A DNA stretch of 64,000 bases from Balanoglossus misakiensis (lineage: Eukaryota > Animalia > Hemichordata). The first letter of the stretch is position 1, and every line of letters begins with the position of its first letter. The notes below the pieces were generated by a model, which saw only the letters and a program-made list of their open reading frames with translations, did not search any database and had not been told where the DNA came from. The position numbers were made by a program, and so were the translations under genes. Location: assembly GCA_040954595.2 (NCBI GenBank), contig CM082596.2, forward strand, positions 7,518,468 through 7,582,467, written 5' to 3'. Positions 26,402-38,700 of this stretch are shown here, piece by piece.

Positions 26402-26548
26402 TTATTCAGTATCACTTTGATCGCCAATGTCAAAAGTACCAACTTCATTTTAAATAACCATAACATGTTGTCTGATCCAGGTGTAGAACTGTGGAATTGT
26501 TAAAGCTGTTCAAGAGGACTGAGGCTAATATCTGGGAAACATCATGCT
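26402..26548 (-). pseudogene. Diverged relic duplicate of the transposase C-terminal ~45 codons
   Basis: FPDISLSPLEQ/IPQFYTWIRQHVMVI*NEVGTFDIGDQSDTE* aligns with the transposase end FPNIALSPLERLKIPQLNTWIRGKVMEIQNEVGVVESDSEDSHSDSE*; frameshift and internal stop. Confidence 0.7.
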
Positions 26549-26849
26549 GGTAAGTAATTATATAATAATAAATTATTTAGGCAAATATTGATATGTAATG
26601 AATTATTTTCGTGCTGATGATCTGAAATTTTACTACTATTTATCACAGTCTCAAGAGTAATATGGTTCATATTTTACAGGCCTTCATGTCATGATTCATC
26701 ATTCAACGAAGAATTTGAAATCATGGAAAACATATTGAACTGTCTGAGTTCATAGAGAAACCATTTTTCTAAAGAGAGAAGGGCTACAATTGATGATTTA
26801 GATGCCGAGGTAAGTATCAAACAGTACCACCTTAATGGTGGCAAAGCAT

Positions 26850-27016
26850 GCACACACATCCACACACACACACACACGTACCCACACTGTGATACACACA
26901 GACAACCACCTAACCACCCACCCACCCACCCACCCATCCACATACACGTACACACCCACTCACAACCACCTACCCACCAACACACACACACACACACACA
27001 TAAATACACAAACACA
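26850..27016. repeat. (CA)n/(CCCA)n low-complexity tract
   Basis: Directly visible. Confidence 0.9.
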
Positions 27017-27504
27017 ATCATATCTGCATATGTAAAAACATATCAATGACCTTAACATGTCATAATTTTATTAACATTATTCAAAATTTAGGAATATTAC
27101 TTGAAGTGAAAGTTATGTATGTCCATGATACATTTGTATTAATAAAGATATTTTCCAAAATGAGAAAGTATTTACAATTAAGTAATGATTTACACTGATA
27201 TACATGATATTTTCCCAATATTGTATGTAAATTCAAATATTTACTAGTGTACTTTTTGCTATATACATGACATAATTATTCTGAATCTGTGATACTACAG
27301 ATGCAGCAGTCTGTGACATTGTTTACAAAATTTATAAAAAATGTGAAATAAATGAAATTAGAACAGAGTACAAACTCCTCAGTCTTGGCAGGAAAGTTAG
27401 CAAAAGCTGTAATAAATTTCTTTATCAGAAAGGGTAATAACAACATTACTGCCACTAACAAGACCAGAAATATTTACAAAGCATTTTGTGAAATTACTTT
27501 GAAC

Positions 27505-30500
27505 TTATTCAGAATCACTGTGACTGTCCTCACTGTCACTTTCAACCACACCAACTTCATTTTGAATTTCCATGACCTTTCCTCTTATCCAGGTGTTTAA
27601 TTGTGGAATCTTGAGCCGTTCAAGAGGACTGAGAGCAATATTTGGGAAATGATCATGCCTGCGACCTGGTGTTACCTTAAATGGACGCAAGTGTCTAAGG
27701 TCATCCAATACAACATTCATATCTGCAGTTTCACTTTTACATGTGTGATCTGTCTTCTCAGGTTTAATGTGGGTTACATCATCAAAGTTTCTTACAATAT
27801 CATGCAGCCCACATGCTGCCTTTGATGCTCTTGTGATTGCTTTCTCAGTCTTTTTAGCTCCCATAGCTTTGACGATTCCCTTGAAGAAGTTGTTGTGGAG
27901 TTCATTGCATAAATCAACTGGATAATTATTTCCATCACCTCCCCTCTGATTAACACACCTACCCCAGAGAACACGCTGTGCCATCTGATGTGAAAGAACT
28001 ACTTGTGCCTGGGCTATTTTGTTGACAGCTTCTATGGCATAATTAGAGTGGTGTGATGCTTTAGCTTTGAAGTACATCAACAGATATTTCCAGTTGATTA
28101 AATCCCTGTCTCCATCCCCTTCTTTATGGGTGTCATCGAGTTGAAGGAACATCAACCCCAATTCCAGAATTTGGCGACTGTACAGTCTTACTCTATCTGT
28201 GTTTTCCGTTGTTTCTAGTGTACCTGTTGGGTGTTGACAAGCATAATTATGCTCTCCAACTTCTTGTACTCTATTATTTGACACGTATTCAAGATAAGTG
28301 CCATGGTGTGCAAGGGAGTATGAGTGTTCTTGGCGAGTGGCAACGGGAGATGCATCTAAATCTGTCACAGTGTCGTCGTTAGTTCTCCCCAGTTCCATTG
28401 TTGTATCAGGTATGATGAATTCATCGACGAACTTGCCAATAACTCTGTTTATGTATTCTTTCTTAATAGATGTTGTTGCTGATGCAGATGGAGGATGATG
28501 ATGTTTCGGTTTGCTGGTGGTGCTTTCCATCTCAAAAAACTCCAGTGCACCCTCAATTACAAAACTTGTGACAACCAGTACCACAAACTGCTTTACTGCA
28601 TCATAGTTCTTATTTGCATCACTAGGTACGTTGTTCCGTTGTAGCAGTTCTCTGTAGTATTTAAGTGTACCCCTGTCACGTGACGAATCCTGTTTGAATA
28701 GTTCCTGCCACAAGACGGCAAGAAAAGCTCTTTTTGTATGCCAATTTTCAATGACAACAGGATTGACATGCTCAAGTCTGTCTGCATTTGTGTGACCACC
28801 GTCACGAATGAACTTGCTCTTTTGAGCTCGTATCCTGGTTAGTTCATCGCCACCAAAAGGAACATTTTGGCATTCTTCATCGGCTTCTGCAAAGACTTGT
28901 GTCACAAACTGTTCGATAAATTCTTGTATGTCAACCATGTCACTATATTTCTTCTCATCCTTAAATTGAATAGGCAAGTTGTAGATTTTTGATTTTTGCC
29001 TCATTTCTGCTGAAAATTTATGAACTATGTGTGATGGGACTACTGATGATAGATGCTCAAAGCTCTGCAGATGTTTAGTAAGAATGCGAGACACAAGAAC
29101 AATAAAATCTGCCCTTAATTTGTTTCGTTCATCCTGATTCGGAAGGAATGCAGATGGAGGCACATCCTTTAAAGTTCCCTGAGGCTTAGTATTATCTAAA
29201 GATGAAAAATCAATGCGCTCAAATTGCAGTATTAACGTGAACCAATGGTGATCACGATTTCTGTTGCCGAGAAGCATTTGGCGTACGTTTTCTTTCATAT
29301 CCAGATTATCACCAGTTATTTGAAATTTCAGTCCATTTTTGATGTTTTCAATAATTTCTTTCTGGTATCCTTCTCCCACTTCATCAAGGATGTTCAGTTG
29401 TTGCTGGTGACAAAGGCTTATACCAAGTTTGTTGAACCTCTCATACATCTGGAATGGAAAAGATGGATGAATGATTTGGATGAAGGAAAATGTAAGAAAA
29501 TGTAAGTATTTATCTAGAGACAGCATGTAGACTGTTGCTGAGCTCTGTCATATTAGTTAGATAAATGGAGACACCTTTCAAAGCTCTATCAAGTAGACTG
29601 GTGCTACGTTTCAACCCATTCAATGGGATTTAGCATACAAGATTTCCCACAATTCTGTTTGATTCTAGTCTTCAAACAATGTGTAGATGAATGCAAAGCC
29701 TTTGCGCAACAAACATTCAAGAATACAAATCAAGGAGAGTTGTGGGTAATATACTGTAAAGTTTAATCCTTAGTCTCTATATTCTTACCTTCGAGTCAGC
29801 TTTTCCAGCACTGAGAATCATAGTGTTAAGTCGTTGCACCATACTCATCTCACGGTTTCGCTGCTGCATTAATATTCCATATACCAAACACAATGGATAG
29901 ATTCTGGCATTTCCAGAGCGATGTGTATTCCGTGCTTCCCTCTCAGAGGGTATGGCAACTGTTGTGAGTACATCTAATAGAAATGGCACTCTCTCTTTCA
30001 TTTCTTGCAGGATTGGTGTCCACTCAAATTCTGTCAAGTTTGATGGAGTCTTTCGCCTAGTTATTATATGCAAGGATAAAATAGATTAGACTATCAGTTG
30101 TATCCAGTGAAGACCTCAGCTATTCACAAAGCTCTTAGAAAGAAATAAAAATTCTACAATCTCCCTATTCAATGAGTGGTGTCCTGGTGGTGATGAACTG
30201 ACATGAATACAGGCTTACAAGAGCAAAGTCATTTGTGATGGTGGTCGCACAAAACAGAAACTATTTTGAATTCTGATCTAAAATAAAGTTGATACTTGTC
30301 CAAAACTTGCTGAAAAATTAAAGAAATGTTGTTGTTTTTTTTAAATTTTGTCAGGAAAATTTATAATCAAGAAAGATAGTTTGTCTTGATGTGCTGTCGA
30401 CATATTTTTTTCATGTTTAGCTATTTATCTCATTAATAGTTTTTTAGAAGTATTCAAAAACATTCCACCATGAAAGTCACCAAAAAACCACCAGTGAACC

Positions 30501-32145
30501 TGCATCACCTCATTAAATGATGGCTACATATAGTAACGTTTTAAAAAATTATTGGCATGAATCATAGTTTCAACTTGCAATAAAACAGTCTTCAATTTAC
30601 AGTCAAAACAAGAAAGTGTGGTGCTTTTTTTCCCTCATGTCTGTCACACAAGTTTCTGTATGTCATGATATTTTTAGTTTTATTAGTCCCCGTCGGACAA
30701 ATATTTCCTTTACTTTGCATACCTCAACACTGATGATTTCCCGTCGCTTTTCTTTGATAAATCTTCACACTCTCGCTTTAAATCCTGTAAATATCTCCCT
30801 TTGATGGCATTCTTCAAAACATGTATTTTAAGTGTAGCAGCAGCAATGACTTGTGGAATGCCAGTGCTGATGGCCTTCTGTAGTGAGGATATCTCAACCT
30901 GTTAAAAAAAGAAATGAAAGTCAACATAGTTATGTATACACAAATATATGATTGTACATGTAACTTCATTTAACTTGAAAACAGAATTTTATAAATACCA
31001 AATAATATATGTGCAGGAATAGATCAAGGAACGGAAAATATACCGTCTTAAGTGGTAGGCTGAGGTTAGCTTCTGACAATAAGGGATTTCTCAAGCCACT
31101 TGTTTCTAGAATGCAGGTGCTGTCACTCTGGATTGTACTGTTGTTATTGTTGTTGTTGTTGCTGCTGCTGCTGCAAACATTGGGGCCAGTTGGTCTGGGC
31201 AATATTGGCCGATGTGTTGTGCTGGTACTAGTGGTAGTCACATTTGTATATGTGACTCCTGAAGAAGAATTATAAATTGAGTATTGTCATTTTTTTTAAT
31301 TGTGGATTTTTGGATTCTCCTTTGTATGTATAATGAAAATCCGTAATAAAATATAGGGGTCACCGCGCTTGTTTTTGAAATAAAGAGCCATGAATTTAGT
31401 CGATAACAGAAGAAAACTGCTGACTCAGCATTTTTCACCAATGGTTTGTCTATGGGCAAAAATTATGACGCAATTTATCTAAAAATAGAGCGCGGTGACC
31501 CCTATATTTTATTTGACCAATGAATTTATATTTGCTGGACTGAGCTATGTGTAAAATTTCGTGAAAATGACAATAGTAGAAGTTTGTTTTCTAGCAATTT
31601 TCAATGTAATCCTATGCGAAAAAGACCGGGCGCGCACTGTTTCCGGTTTATGTTCTGCGCTAGTCTTTTTTTTCAATTATTATAGTAGAGAAAGAAGAAT
31701 ACCAGCAGATTGTTTTCATTGGAAAATAATTCTTTCATGTACACAAAACAGTTATTATGCAATGAAACCGCAATGGTAAATTATATTTCCCTGCTTTTCA
31801 GAGATTTTTACATATACATCTACCCGCATTTCACTTGAAACAAAATAACAAGTATTCATCCATCAAAATACGGCTAATATAAAAGGTTTCGAACTTACTG
31901 TTATTATTGCAAATAGACTTGAACTCAGAAATCTTTTCATGGATTTTCACAACTTTGTAATTACACTTCGGGCAAATGGCCTGGTCTTTATTCTCAGAAA
32001 GGCAAACGTCTCCCCACTCTTTCAAACAGCGAGAAATGTCGATGTCAGCGTTACGACCGTGTACCAAACTATAGTGTTTGTCGTCTAACACTTTGCCACA
32101 GGCCACGCAACTTCTTAAAAGCGAAGACGTGTTGAAAGAAGACAT
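27505..32145 (-). CDS. Academ-type transposase (5 exons, 949 aa; DUF6589-like core, N-terminal CxxC...CxxC finger)
   Basis: Exons 32145-31899, 31258-31044, 30898-30723, 30056-29789 and 29448-27505 have GT-AG ends and compatible phases (2850 nt). Motifs CVAC...CPKC, ECEDLSKK...SVLR, GDNLD, GGDELT, ENWH, EGDGDR, HSNYA, DLCNELHN. Confidence 0.88.
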
Positions 32146-33940
32146 TTTGACCAGTTTACGACATTACAAAAACGACGTAACGAAAAACAGGATACTTTTT
32201 GTCGTCTGCTCGTCTCGAGACTGCTTCCGGGTAAACAATGGTAAAGCTGTCGCGTTGACTTGTTGCCCCTAGCGATTCTAATTTGAATATTCATTGCGTG
32301 ATATGGGCGGACCAATCAGAATGTTCGCTCAAACGGATTTGGAGAGACGTCTTGCCGTGTCTCTGAAAAGCCAAAGGTCATTGACGGCGCCCTCTGGAGA
32401 GGCAAGGTCTGGGGAAACCCGGTAGACAAACCGTCAGGCGGAATCGGGACAGCTGCGATGCATGACGGGAGATTAATATTCGATACGATATTATGATATG
32501 TCGATATTAGAAAACTATTTAGCGAACTTCTCTCTCTCTTTTCAATTTGTATACAGTTTTAGCAGGTCTAGCACTTCTCAGCATGTTTTCTTTATCGTAT
32601 GTCATACATGTCGGCCGTGAGGTTCGCGCGCAGGACGTCGCCATTTTGGAATATTAATCTCCCGTCATGCATCGCAGCTGTCCCGATTCCGCCTGACGGT
32701 TTGTCTACCGGGTTTCCCCAGACCCTCTTTCTGGAGTGCCTAACGGAAGAAGCAGAGGGCTCTGGGTAACCGAGACTAGGCACAGAGTGTAATGCCCACG
32801 GTTGCACGAGCACACGTGTGTACGAACAAATTAGACTTCCGGCTAAAGACGATTGGACTCGGCTTCGGATTCAGCTTCGGTTTCGGGTTCGAGTGAACCA
32901 CTGGTAACTGTGGTAACTGATGGAAAACTACAGCGTAATTGTGAAGAGCGTCACCAAAGGTTAAAAAATAGCATTCCAAAACATAATGAAAGACCACGGA
33001 ATTCTATTTTGTGGTAACGTTATCAAAAAGTGACTGACCCCCATTAAAATGGAAATGTGGGTATTGCTGGAGCGCCCTCTGTTATGTAGATTAAGTTTGC
33101 TATTGTTTTCGTGACCAGGTGTGTTTATCGTTTACTTTCGTAATTTGAATATTTGCGTGACCAGGTGTGATGAATTCATTACTTTTCTCGTATAAAAGCG
33201 TGCACGTTGCCACGTTGTCCCGTCTCTGCTGATTTGGACTGGCCCGTGTGAGTTGTGTTCCGTTCCTCACCGACTTGGAAGCTGTGCCGTATCTCATGTT
33301 GTACTTGTCTGGAAGTCGCGCCTAGAAGCCGTGCTGTCTCATGTGGAATTGGCCTGGAAGCTGTGCAGTCTACCGCTGGATTTTGCCAGAGCGCTACTCG
33401 GACTGAACGTCGCCGTCGGAACTGTCGCGGTGTTGTCGCGTTCGTCGTAAGCTACGGAACATTGGACTTTAGTCTTACATTTCCACACCTGGTCACTTAT
33501 TTTTGTGTGTGTTTTTCGGTGTAAAATTTCATATTTATCAATGCTTTAGTTGTAATAATTAAAAGTTTCCATAAGTAAGGAAATAACGTGTGGCGTGACT
33601 ACATGTATATTGTTGACCGTCTTGCGACGCCCAGGGACATTTGCATATGACTTCTAAGGCTATTCAGATGCTAATGTTAAACTTTGCATATAAATGTTAA
33701 TTCAGGTGCTATGCATTTTTTTGCCGTTTTATAGTAAATAAGAGAAATCAGTCCTGTTTCATGAATCCTTGATCTCACAATTTGTTGTTTTAATATTAAC
33801 AGCTTCAGTATTTTCTCCATAGCTTTGATCTAATGACAAATAAAACACGCGACCTTGATTAAAGACCAACGTATCGTTCAAACCATACATAAAGTTTCGT
33901 TGAGCTTGATACCGTCCAAAGTTCCGGGCCGACAGCCAGT

Positions 33941-33969
33941 ATCGCTTCTCGGCCTTTTGGCTAAGATCA
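33941..33969 (+). ncRNA. U2: U2 snRNA gene, 5' fragment (nt 1-29)
   Basis: ATCGCTTCTCGGCCTTTTGGCTAAGATCA is the invariant metazoan U2 5' end. Confidence 0.95.
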
Positions 33970-34161
33970 TTGGTTGCTGCTACTGGTGTTTATATCCAAT
34001 CCAAGAAGAGTATTCCAACAGGTGTTTTGTTCAGCGTTCGACGTCCTCGTGGAGCTTCGTTTCTTCTTTTCTTTTGGTACAAGCCAGGTGGGACGTGAGC
34101 GTGAGTTGCTTTTTTTAGCTTCTCTTTTTTCTTTGTCGTTTTTTGATTATTTTGCTTCAGC

Positions 34162-35604
34162 ATGGTGCGTAAAGATCGCACACTTTTGCTGAAGTTTGGT
34201 AGTGATGCTGATGTAAAAGCAGTTTTTGATCAGCTCAGTAGTGTGGGTGTGGAAGCCAAGCTTCATTTAGAGGCGGTCCAGAAATTGCCTGGAAGTGCGT
34301 TCGACGTAACTTTCAGGACGCTCGCATTTAGGCGGCTCTTTGAAGAGCGGTTGAAGAGTAAGTCAGATTTTGTCACTCATTCGTATGGGTCAGATATTGT
34401 AGTGGTAACCGTTTTGTACATCGACAACGAACTCGACGACAATTATGTACAGTACATTTTGTCAGCTTATGGCACTGTCTTGGCAGCCAGGAAATGTGTT
34501 TATGCATACGAACCATCAGTTTTTAACGGCACGAGGCAGTACCGTATGCGTCTGAAGAAAAATATTCCCTCCGTTATCCGTATTGGTGGTAGGAACGCGT
34601 GGTTTTCCTATTCTGGTCAGCCTCGCACGTGTATCAAGTGTAACAATACAGGCCACTTGGCTAAAGACTGCGTCAACGTGCGTTGTTTTAGGTGTGCACA
34701 GCTAGGACACACGGTTGCAGAATGCACGGCAAATGTGAAGTGTTCCATTTGTGGGGGGGATGGGCATGTGTATCGTAATTGTTCTTTATCGTTTGCTAAT
34801 AGAGTTGCCTTGTCGAATTCTTGGTTGTCAACGGAGGCGGCTGCTTCTCCAAGTACTGGTGAGTCGAAGGAAATTGTCGATGTTATTGTTGAAGATATTG
34901 TTTCAAAGGTGTGCGAGCTGGCTTCAGATCCTGTGACGCAGCCGTCTCCAGATTGTGAGGCGGAAGACGTGTCTGATTCTGGTTCACAAGTTTTGTTTTC
35001 AGATGCTATGGATGTTGAAGACAATTCTTCTATGGGTGTGACTCCTGGCCAGCGACAGGATTTTTTCAGTCCAAGGTCCTCTTTTTCTTCTACGGATATG
35101 CTTTGTTCGTCTTCTGCTAAGCGTCCTGCGCCGTCTGATGATAATGATGACGATAACGATGAGATGATTAAGAGAGTGGCTGTTGATGGTGATAGCAAGT
35201 CGGTATCTTTAACTGGTGCGGTTGATAGCGAAGCCGACTCTGATTGTTCAGTGACCTCACATGCGTCTGGTTCTGCTTTTTCGCAGTCTACAGTTGAATT
35301 ACGTCAAAAGGCGTCAGATTCTGTGCGTCTTTCAACCATTATGGACTTGTCGACTGTGTACTCGTCATGTAATACGTTCTCGGGTGATTGTGCGTCCTGC
35401 GTTCATGGCTGGGAAGCCATGAAAAATCATTGTAAAGAGATGCACGGCATCGACCCACTTCAAGTTCAGTGTCCAATAAAAAATTGTAAGAATCTTTCCT
35501 TTTCGGATCCAGTCAAATGGATGGAACACTTAGTTTCTGTTCACCCTGTTTTTGTTTTGTCTAAGGACTTGTCCTTTTTTGATTTTTACTTCTTTAATGC
35601 ATAA
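34162..35604 (+). CDS. Retrotransposon ORF1 (gag-like; three CCHC zinc knuckles; ZCCHC3/Tx1 ORF1 type)
   Basis: FNGTRQYRMRLKKNIPS...YSGQPRTCIKCNNTGHLAKDC, CFRCAQLGHTVAEC, CSICGGDGHVYRNC; 480 aa uninterrupted. Confidence 0.92.
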   Translation: MVRKDRTLLLKFGSDADVKAVFDQLSSVGVEAKLHLEAVQKLPGSAFDVTFRTLAFRRLFEERLKSKSDFVTHSYGSDIVVVTVLYIDNELDDNYVQYILSAYGTVLAARKCVYAYEPSVFNGTRQYRMRLKKNIPSVIRIGGRNAWFSYSGQPRTCIKCNNTGHLAKDCVNVRCFRCAQLGHTVAECTANVKCSICGGDGHVYRNCSLSFANRVALSNSWLSTEAAASPSTGESKEIVDVIVEDIVSKVCELASDPVTQPSPDCEAEDVSDSGSQVLFSDAMDVEDNSSMGVTPGQRQDFFSPRSSFSSTDMLCSSSAKRPAPSDDNDDDNDEMIKRVAVDGDSKSVSLTGAVDSEADSDCSVTSHASGSAFSQSTVELRQKASDSVRLSTIMDLSTVYSSCNTFSGDCASCVHGWEAMKNHCKEMHGIDPLQVQCPIKNCKNLSFSDPVKWMEHLVSVHPVFVLSKDLSFFDFYFFNA

Positions 35605-35712
35605 ATATCAGTTCCGTGTTTTGGGGGTTTTGCGTCGGCTTAGAGTTGATCTGTGCTTAGCTTTCTCTTTGGTTTCTTGATGGCCAATTGTTTTTTTCTT
35701 CTTCTTTTTACC

Positions 35713-38700
35713 ATGTTGAATTTATGTTCCATCAATGTTAATGGTTTGAAGGATTCTGTTAAGCGTAACTCTTTGTTTTCTTCCTTTAGAGACAGCAAGT
35801 TTGATATCATCTTCTTGCAGGAGACTCATTGTAGTTCTTCTAGGGAAATGGCAATGTGGGGAAGGGAGTGGGGAGGCCCCAATTATTGGAGCTTAGGGTC
35901 CAATAGCAGCAGGGGAGTGGGTATTTTGATCTCTCCGTCATCCGGTTTTTCCCTGCAGGATTTTACTTCAGATGTGGATGGGCGTCTGGTGGCGGGTACT
36001 GTCTCCTTTAGTTCATTTACTTGCCGTTTAATTAATGTGTATGCGCCTAACAGTCCTTCAGGTAGGATTAATTTCTTTGCAGGTTTGTCTGATTTCATCG
36101 GTAGCCATAGCAATATTATTTTGGGTGGTGACTTTAATTGTGTTTCTTGTCCAGTTGATCGGTTTGGGGGGTCCACTTCGAATACTACTTGCTTCATAGG
36201 TAGTGAAGTTTTGCAAAAGTTATGTTCTGATTATGGCTTGGTTGATGTTTGGCGCCGTCAGCATGAAAACCTACAGGAATATACATGGCGAAATCGTTCT
36301 TGTTCGGTTGGTAGTCGTCTTGATCGTTTTTACATGTCTAGTGCGTTTAAAACCTCGTCCAGTATTGTTCCTTGCTCCCTGTCCGACCATGATATGTGTT
36401 CGGTATCAATTAGGGGTGGTCAGTCTGTTCGTAGGGGTCCTGGGGTGTGGAAGTGCAATGTTTCCATTTTGTCTGACCCCTCAGTCCTTGATGAGATCCG
36501 CCATCGTGTTGCTAATTGGGTCACCTTGCAGGAAGCCTTCCCATGCTTGTCTGATTGGTGGGACATGGTCAAAGAGCGTTTAAAGGTCTTGCTTAAGAAA
36601 CATTCACGGAAAGTGGCTCTTAAAAAGAAGGCGCTTTTATCTTCATTGTATGATCAGTTGCGGGATTTGACGTCTTGCTTGAATTCTGGAAAGCGTTCTC
36701 GGTTTATTGTGAACAATTATAATAGTGTTAAAGAGCGCATTAACAAGCTGACACAGGATAGACTTGCGGGTGTCAAGATCCGTTCGCGTGCGCATTGGCT
36801 GGAGCACGAAGAGAAATGTTCTCGGTTTTTCTTTGCGCGTGAGCGCAAGAGAGCTGTCAAGAAGTGCATTTCCAAAATGGTTGATGTTGATGGCAATGTT
36901 CGTACTGATCAAGAAGGTATTTCTTCAGTCATTTGTGATTATTTCGCCAGTCTTTTTTCGCCGACAGATTCGCTTAGTTCTAGTGAGCAGGATTTCTTTA
37001 TTTCCAAATTAGAGAGAGCACTGGATCCAGAGCAGCAGGCACGCTTAGATGCCCCTTTTACTATGGAGGAGCTGACATCCGCCATGAAGTCAATGAAGAA
37101 CGGTAAAGCACCAGGTTCGGACGGCTTTCAGAAGGAGGTTTATGTCAGGCTGTGGGATACGCTTGGCCCAATATATCTGGAGGTTTGTAACGATATCCTT
37201 GCCAAAAAACGTCTGGGTGCATCACAGAGATGGGCAGTTGTCACCCTTCTTAGCAAATCAGTACCGCCTGGTGACGTGAATGGGCAGTATCGGCCTGACA
37301 ATAAGCGTCCGATATCATTATTGAATGTTGATTACAAGATTATTGCAAAAGTGCTGTGCAACAGATTGAGTTCAGTCTTGCCTGACCTTGTCAATCCGTT
37401 TCAGACGTGTGGGGTCAAGGGTCGATCCATTACTGACAATCTGCATATTGTTCGGGATTTTCTGTTTCGTTGTAATTCTCGTAACAGTCAGGGTGCCATT
37501 GTCTCCTTAGATCAACGTAAGGCTTTTGATACAGTTGACTGGGTGTTTTTGCATAAAGTTCTTGAGAAATTTAATTTTGGTTCAGTGTTCCGCGACTGGA
37601 TACAAATACTGTACACCGATATTTCCAGTTCATTTCTAGTTAACGGATTTCTCAGTGATCCTGTGGTTATTGGTAGAGGTGTGCGACAGGGGTGTCCCCT
37701 CTCTCCGCTTCTTTATGTTCTGTTTATTGAGCCGCTTGCCGCAGTTATCCAGGCAGAGCAAAAAGTTCAGGGCTTTAACATTCCTGGTTATCCGCATTCA
37801 GTTAAACTGTTGCAGTATGCTGATGACAACACAGTCTTAGTCACTGACAACGCTTCCTTCAAAGTTATTTTTGATATTTTTTCCCGTTTTGCTTTAGCTT
37901 CAGGCTCTTGCATAAACCGTAAGAAGTGCAAAGGTTTATGGCTGGGGAACTGGAGAGGGCGCTCTGACAGTCCGGAGCAACTTCAGTTCAGCAACGACAG
38001 TATTTTCATCAACGGTGTCTGTTTTGGTGAGGGCGCCCCTATAGTCAATTGGTCCCTGAAACTTCAGAAGTGCCTGAAAATCTTCTCCAAGTGGGGGGGA
38101 CGGCGTTTGACACTTTTCGGGAAAGTTCTTGTTGCCAATGTTGTTATCATGCCAGCTATGTGGTATGTGGCAGCCTTATTTCCACCTCCGCCTTCCGTGA
38201 TTGCAAAGTTTAACACAGCCTTATTTTCTTTCATCTGGAGTGGGAAGAAACCAGAGCTTGTGCGTCGTCTTGTTCTCTACCAGCCTCTGGAAAAGGGGGG
38301 GCTGGGTCTTGTTAACCTAGAGTTGAAAGCAAAAGCTTTATTACTTTCTCAGTTTCTCCCTTTGATTCAGGACGTTACTGTTAAACCTGTTCACTTCCTG
38401 ATGAAACGTTACTTTTCTTTACCCCTACGTTCTCTGTTTCCCTTCTTTTGGTCAAATACCTTGCCACAGTATGCGGAATGTCCGCTTTGGTATTCGACTG
38501 TTGTAACCTTGGTTAAGAGCTTATTTCCACTCCTATGTAAAAACTCACTTTCTTGGAGTAATTTAAAGTCTGTACATACTTACCATCTTTTGCTTTCGGC
38601 TATTGATACCGTTCCACCTGTGGTCAAGCGTTCTCCGTCTTTGTGTTGGAAAGATGTTTGGTCTTCTGTGCACACTTCTAGTTTAGACAACACCTTGAAA

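Larger units (their letters stand above)
23119..32778. mobile_element. Autonomous AcademH DNA transposon (9660 bp)
   Basis: Identical ~63-bp TIRs starting TAGTCTCGGTTACCCAGAGCCC; exact 10-bp TSD GGCACAGAGT (23109-23118, 32779-32788); convergent RecQ-like helicase and Academ-type transposase. TAG termini, 9-10-bp TSD and an SF2 helicase define the AcademH lineage. Confidence 0.93.

Noticed and set aside
26680-26808. Exon-like segment (TTTTACAG...GAG|GTAAGT) suggesting a third AcademH gene
   Set aside because: The most plausible frame contains a stop and no recognisable domain or partner coding exons were found.
33110-33500. GTGACCAGGTGTG direct and inverted motifs upstream of U2
   Set aside because: Could be a small repeat element or U2 upstream elements; no TSD or clear boundaries.
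34617-35198. 193-aa antisense ORF in the retrotransposon
   Set aside because: Shadow of the Ser/Asp-rich ORF1 linker; no motif.
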